From contig NC_043016.1 of NCBI RefSeq assembly GCF_006345805.1, positions 26,598,001-26,662,000 on the forward strand: 64,000 nucleotides of DNA, written 5' to 3'. The notes under the pieces were generated by a model. That model saw nothing but the letters and a program-made list of their open reading frames with translations, searched no databases and had not been told where the DNA came from. The translations under genes and the position numbers were made by a program. The DNA is from Octopus sinensis. Its lineage: Eukaryota. Positions 60,296 to 64,000 of this stretch are shown one piece after another (position 1 is the stretch's first letter; each line of letters begins with the position of its first letter).

Positions 60296-60624
60296 ATTTT
60301 ATCGAGCTTGCTCTGCGAATAAATAACAGTAACGTTAAACCAAACTAAATTACAATAAAGACCCCCCTGGAGAGGAGTATTAATTTTTTTTTTGTTAGGA
60401 ATATGATAGAAGTGAATCGAAAGACACACTCTTCAGTGATGTGAATGTAATATTTATTTCAAATATTGGTAGAAGGCTTGAATTTTCTCAATAATGGAAT
60501 ACCACGGAATCTTATTCATTTGTCAGTGTTCAATATTATTGAAATTTCTACGCAATAATAGCTGTGTAATTGAGAAGCTTGCTTTGCAATATGTGTGTGT
60601 TTGTTTTTATGTCGAGTTATAATG

Positions 60625-60830
60625 GTTTCAAATTTTAGCACAAGGCCAGCAGTTTCTGAGGAGGGTAAGTCGATTACATCAGCCCCAGTGCTCAACTGGT
60701 ACTTATTTTATCAACGCTGAAAAGATGAAAAGCAAAGTTGACCTTGGCAGAATTAGAACTCAGTATGGAAGAAATGCCAATAAGCATTTCACCTGGCATG
60801 ATAAAAATTCCGCCAACTCACTGCCTTAAT
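60625..60830 (-). mobile_element. SINE family B
   Basis: caactggtacttattttatc...gatgaaaagcaaagttgaccttggc. Confidence 0.75.
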
Positions 60831-61139
60831 GTCGAGTTATAAAAACAATTTTACATTAAAGTACAGGATTACTCAATATTATATTTGTAAAGTACATATT
60901 TATATAATTTTACAAGAACGATGTTGACAGTGACTTCAAAACTTTGGCCTGCTAGTTTTCAGTGAACTCAGAAAAAAAAAACCCAGACTATATAAAGCCA
61001 AAATGAAACTTCAAAGTCACTTGTTCACCGCTCTTGTATGCATACACACACACACATACATATTCTGCCTGTTCACCAGTGTACCATATGCAATTGAGTA
61101 GTATTTGGTGTCCAGGTTGTTGATCTGATTCAGCACTTC

Positions 61140-62400
61140 ATCTTTCACATGTTTTCCCATGATTTCTATCAATTCTTCAGACACAGATTTGGATAGGTAA
61201 GTAATATTTACTTTTCCATTTCTCTAAATGTTCATGTAAAAATGGGTCAAACTCTGCAATAAGCTCAATGGCCCCCAAGACATTTCCATTGTTTGGGGAG
61301 CATCACTTTTCTTCATGATCTTTAAATGCTAAACCTCTTTCACTTAAAGACTTTATAACTGCAACAACTCTTTTGAGAACTTCAAAACAGTATTGCATTT
61401 CTTTTTCAAATGTTCCTCAAGTTACTGATCCACAGTGTTTTTGTTTGGTTTTTGTTTTATCCAGCTCAACATTGCCATTTTTTGGTCCATGCTGTCTTCA
61501 TGATTTTCTAGAGTTCTGATTATTTTCATCCAATTAGAAAACCCATCCGTTGTGAGTGATATTTGGCACTTAGAACAAAGCTTGTAAACGAAACAGTATA
61601 TACAGCCTTTGCTCTTTGAGTAGACTAACCAGGATCTCATCACAGTCTGACCATTTTTCAATCTTTTTTACAAGGTACATGTTTGAGAAACTTAGATTTT
61701 TCTGTTTGTAAATCTTGTTGAAGTCAGTATATCATCTGTTTTTTTTATTTTGAAAAAAATTGATGTCTTGCATTAAACAGTTTTGTATGAAATCATTATC
61801 AATTGTTATGGGCCAGTTTACCAGGTCTATTCTTCGAAATCAAAAAATTTGTTTCCTGTTTCTGCCCTCTCTTTTCTTGACCACTGTGTTCATCATCTGC
61901 ACCAGATGTGTCAACAGCAGGTTGAATATAGCTAAACAGAGCACTCATGCTTTATGCACTATCATTAACTTCACTGGTGCTAGCACAGCTTGTTTCATGA
62001 CAAACTTTTACTTGACACTGTAAAATAGTTTGATAGTTTTTGACATTTAGAAATTTCCTTAGATTGCTTTTCTGATATCCGCTTAAGTATTTACTTGAGT
62101 TGGCATTTCTGATATCCGCTTAAGTATTTACTTGAAGACATTACTATTTCTCTTTGGGCTTAGGCCTCGGTGAAAACAAATTGGGGTAATATTTTCATTA
62201 GCCACAAGACAGAGATCGATCAAGATAAGGGGAAGAGGCATCGAACGTGCTGTTTTTTGATTGGCCGAAAATTATCTAACTTTGAACACATGTAACATTT
62301 TTGCGAAATTTTTCTGGAATAAATGAATCACGAATTCGGATTCAGCATCAAAAATTTCATCTATATGAGACATTAAAAATTTTTTTATAAAGATAATTGT
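61140..62400 (-). mobile_element. hAT transposase relic (ZMYM1-like; TTF-type finger and DUF4371 region)
   Basis: RSWLVYSKSKGCIYCFVYKL...DGFSNW...LENHE, then NNGNVLGAIELIAEFDPFLHEHL and YLSKSVSEELIEIMG in broken frames. Confidence 0.85.
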
Positions 62401-63088
62401 AAACAGTGACAAAAACCACAAAATCCACGAATTCACAAAAATATTCTAAAAATATCAAAACATAAGAATGAGAACCCAAGTTCGAAATTTCCCCAAGGCA
62501 CCCGATGACGGTTGGAGGGTATATCAGCCGAAATGCTGTGTTAACAACAAACAAGATGAGGACAAATATCCATCAAATGTAAATAATGTAAAATAATGTA
62601 CATAATTCCTCATCTCTTAAATATAGAACTGTTTTATGTGAGCTTTTTGTTTAAAAAAAAAGAGGGTAAAAAGAGGAAAAACTTCAGAATAATGTCTAAA
62701 TGTAACCACTCGACTTCGGGAGGTCGAGTGGGCATTGCGCCTCATTTTTATCATTTTCATAATTTCATTCGTTTCTTTTTATTTTTTCTTCCTCGCTCGA
62801 TGTATTTTGTATTTTTATTTCCCCGATTATATGTTTTATATCGTCTTTGTAATGTGTAACCTCTATATTTAGCCCCTTGTGGGCAATAAAAAAAATCGAG
62901 GACGTTGGTGTTACCTTGGCGGAGGTTTGCGCTTTCTGGGTGCTCGTCTTTTTGTTGTTGTTGTTTGATTAAGAAGAGAAAACCTGTGTTATAAACTGCA
63001 GTAATATATAACTCATAAGATAGAAATATTTCAGTGAAAAAAGGTTTTGAATAATGTAAAAAGAAAAATCATACGAGATTGAAAAGAG

Positions 63089-63510
63089 GGCAATCTTTCG
63101 TCTCTAGTAGACCTTTCCGTCGATTTCCGTAAAAAAATTTTTTTTTTTTTACATATGGGCTTGCGGGAACTGTTGAAGTAATGAGAGCGAAAGAGACTAA
63201 GAGAAAGCGATTGTATGAGGAGGGAAGTTCTTTTGAAGTTACAGTGCATGGGAGCATTGATGGACATGTGTGTGTGTGTGTGTTTGATGGGGTGTGGGAG
63301 ACAGATAGTATGTTGTGTAAGTGAAGTGCTTCTGTTAGTGTGTGTGAAGAGACAGAGTAATGTGTGAAAGAGAGAGATAACTGAAATTTTTTACTCGGTG
63401 TATGTGTATATGTATGTATATTACTTCAAAAGTTCCCGCAAGCCCATATGTAAAAAAAAAAAAATTTTACGGAAATCGACGGAAAGGTCTACTAGAGACG
63501 AAAGATAGCC
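63089..63510. mobile_element. Second copy of the 20607-21036 MITE, opposite orientation
   Basis: GG...CC ends; TSD gaaaagag at 63081-63088 and 63511-63518. Confidence 0.9.
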
Positions 63511-64000
63511 GAAAAGAGAAAATTAAGCTAGCCAAATCAAAAATATACTTATTTATTTTAAATGTAATATTTTTAATTGATGTTTAGCTCAGTCATCTCT
63601 GATGAAGCAGATCTATGATTAATGCAGTCTCAGACTGTCTTTCTTTTTCTGAAGAGTGTACCTCAAGCCGCCGTTATCAAATCAATACCTTTAGCATTTT
63701 GCTGCTATTTCTAGCAGGTTCAGTGGCTATTAATTTTCTCCCGATATTGTGTCTGTGTGTTGCGGTTGTCATTTGAAGTCTTTTCAGACAAAAATATATA
63801 CTCTTCTTTACGACAATGAAAGAAACAAATCCACCGACGAGAGTGAATTATTTAATTAATTTGCGGTAGCTGTTTAATTCATTCTGATGGGTTATTTTAT
63901 AGTAGGGTAGTTGTGTTTAAAATATTTGAAGTGATCCGGTCTTGGACAATCATGATCAATGCTTCATCAAAGTGAGATACATGATCGTGAACTTCCGTAA

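Noticed and set aside
61190-61206. AG|GTAAGT recursive-type site
   Set aside because: No polypyrimidine tract; it is the antisense of the hAT coding motif TYLS.
62706-62731. GC hairpin as a Rho-independent terminator or Helitron end
   Set aside because: Eukaryotic DNA, no U-tract and no CTRR terminus at the expected distance.

Overview
AT-rich, repeat-saturated eukaryotic genomic DNA. The SINE families, the (AT)n/(GAT)n/(AAT)n tails and the LINE types match my recollection of octopus (Octopus sp., cephalopod) repeats; that assignment is by recognition, not by a search. I found no complete host gene, no rRNA/tRNA gene, no CRISPR array and no prokaryotic operon. Most listed ORFs are microsatellite translations or transposon pieces. 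Supported content: (1) a young, 5'-truncated 3.0-kb RTE LINE (37242-40279, minus) with a PHD-type finger inside its RT region, broken only by three 1-nt frameshifts, plus older copies and many 3' tails; (2) the 3' end of a BovB-like RTE with three C2H2 fingers (29513-30069) and a probable non-autonomous partner (631-972); (3) HERO-like, CR1, DD37D, mariner, pogo/Tigger, Tc2-like, hAT and Merlin remnants; (4) several GG...CC MITE families, most with 8-9 bp TSDs; (5) non-autonomous Helitrons, including a tandem pair; (6) piggyBac-like TTAA MITEs and foldback elements; (7) about 25 tRNA-derived SINEs of two main families. Weaker signals suggest the CpG-poor 22-50 kb block is the intronic body of a long gene: candidate exons, a candidate first exon at 50.3 kb and a textbook recursive-splice-type site at 40471. 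I cannot show a wholly new biological system. The best leads are the zinc-finger-bearing RTEs, the recursive-splice candidate, a splice acceptor before the RTE start codon, and an insertion hotspot inside a SINE. Coordinates were read by eye; boundaries of old elements are approximate.
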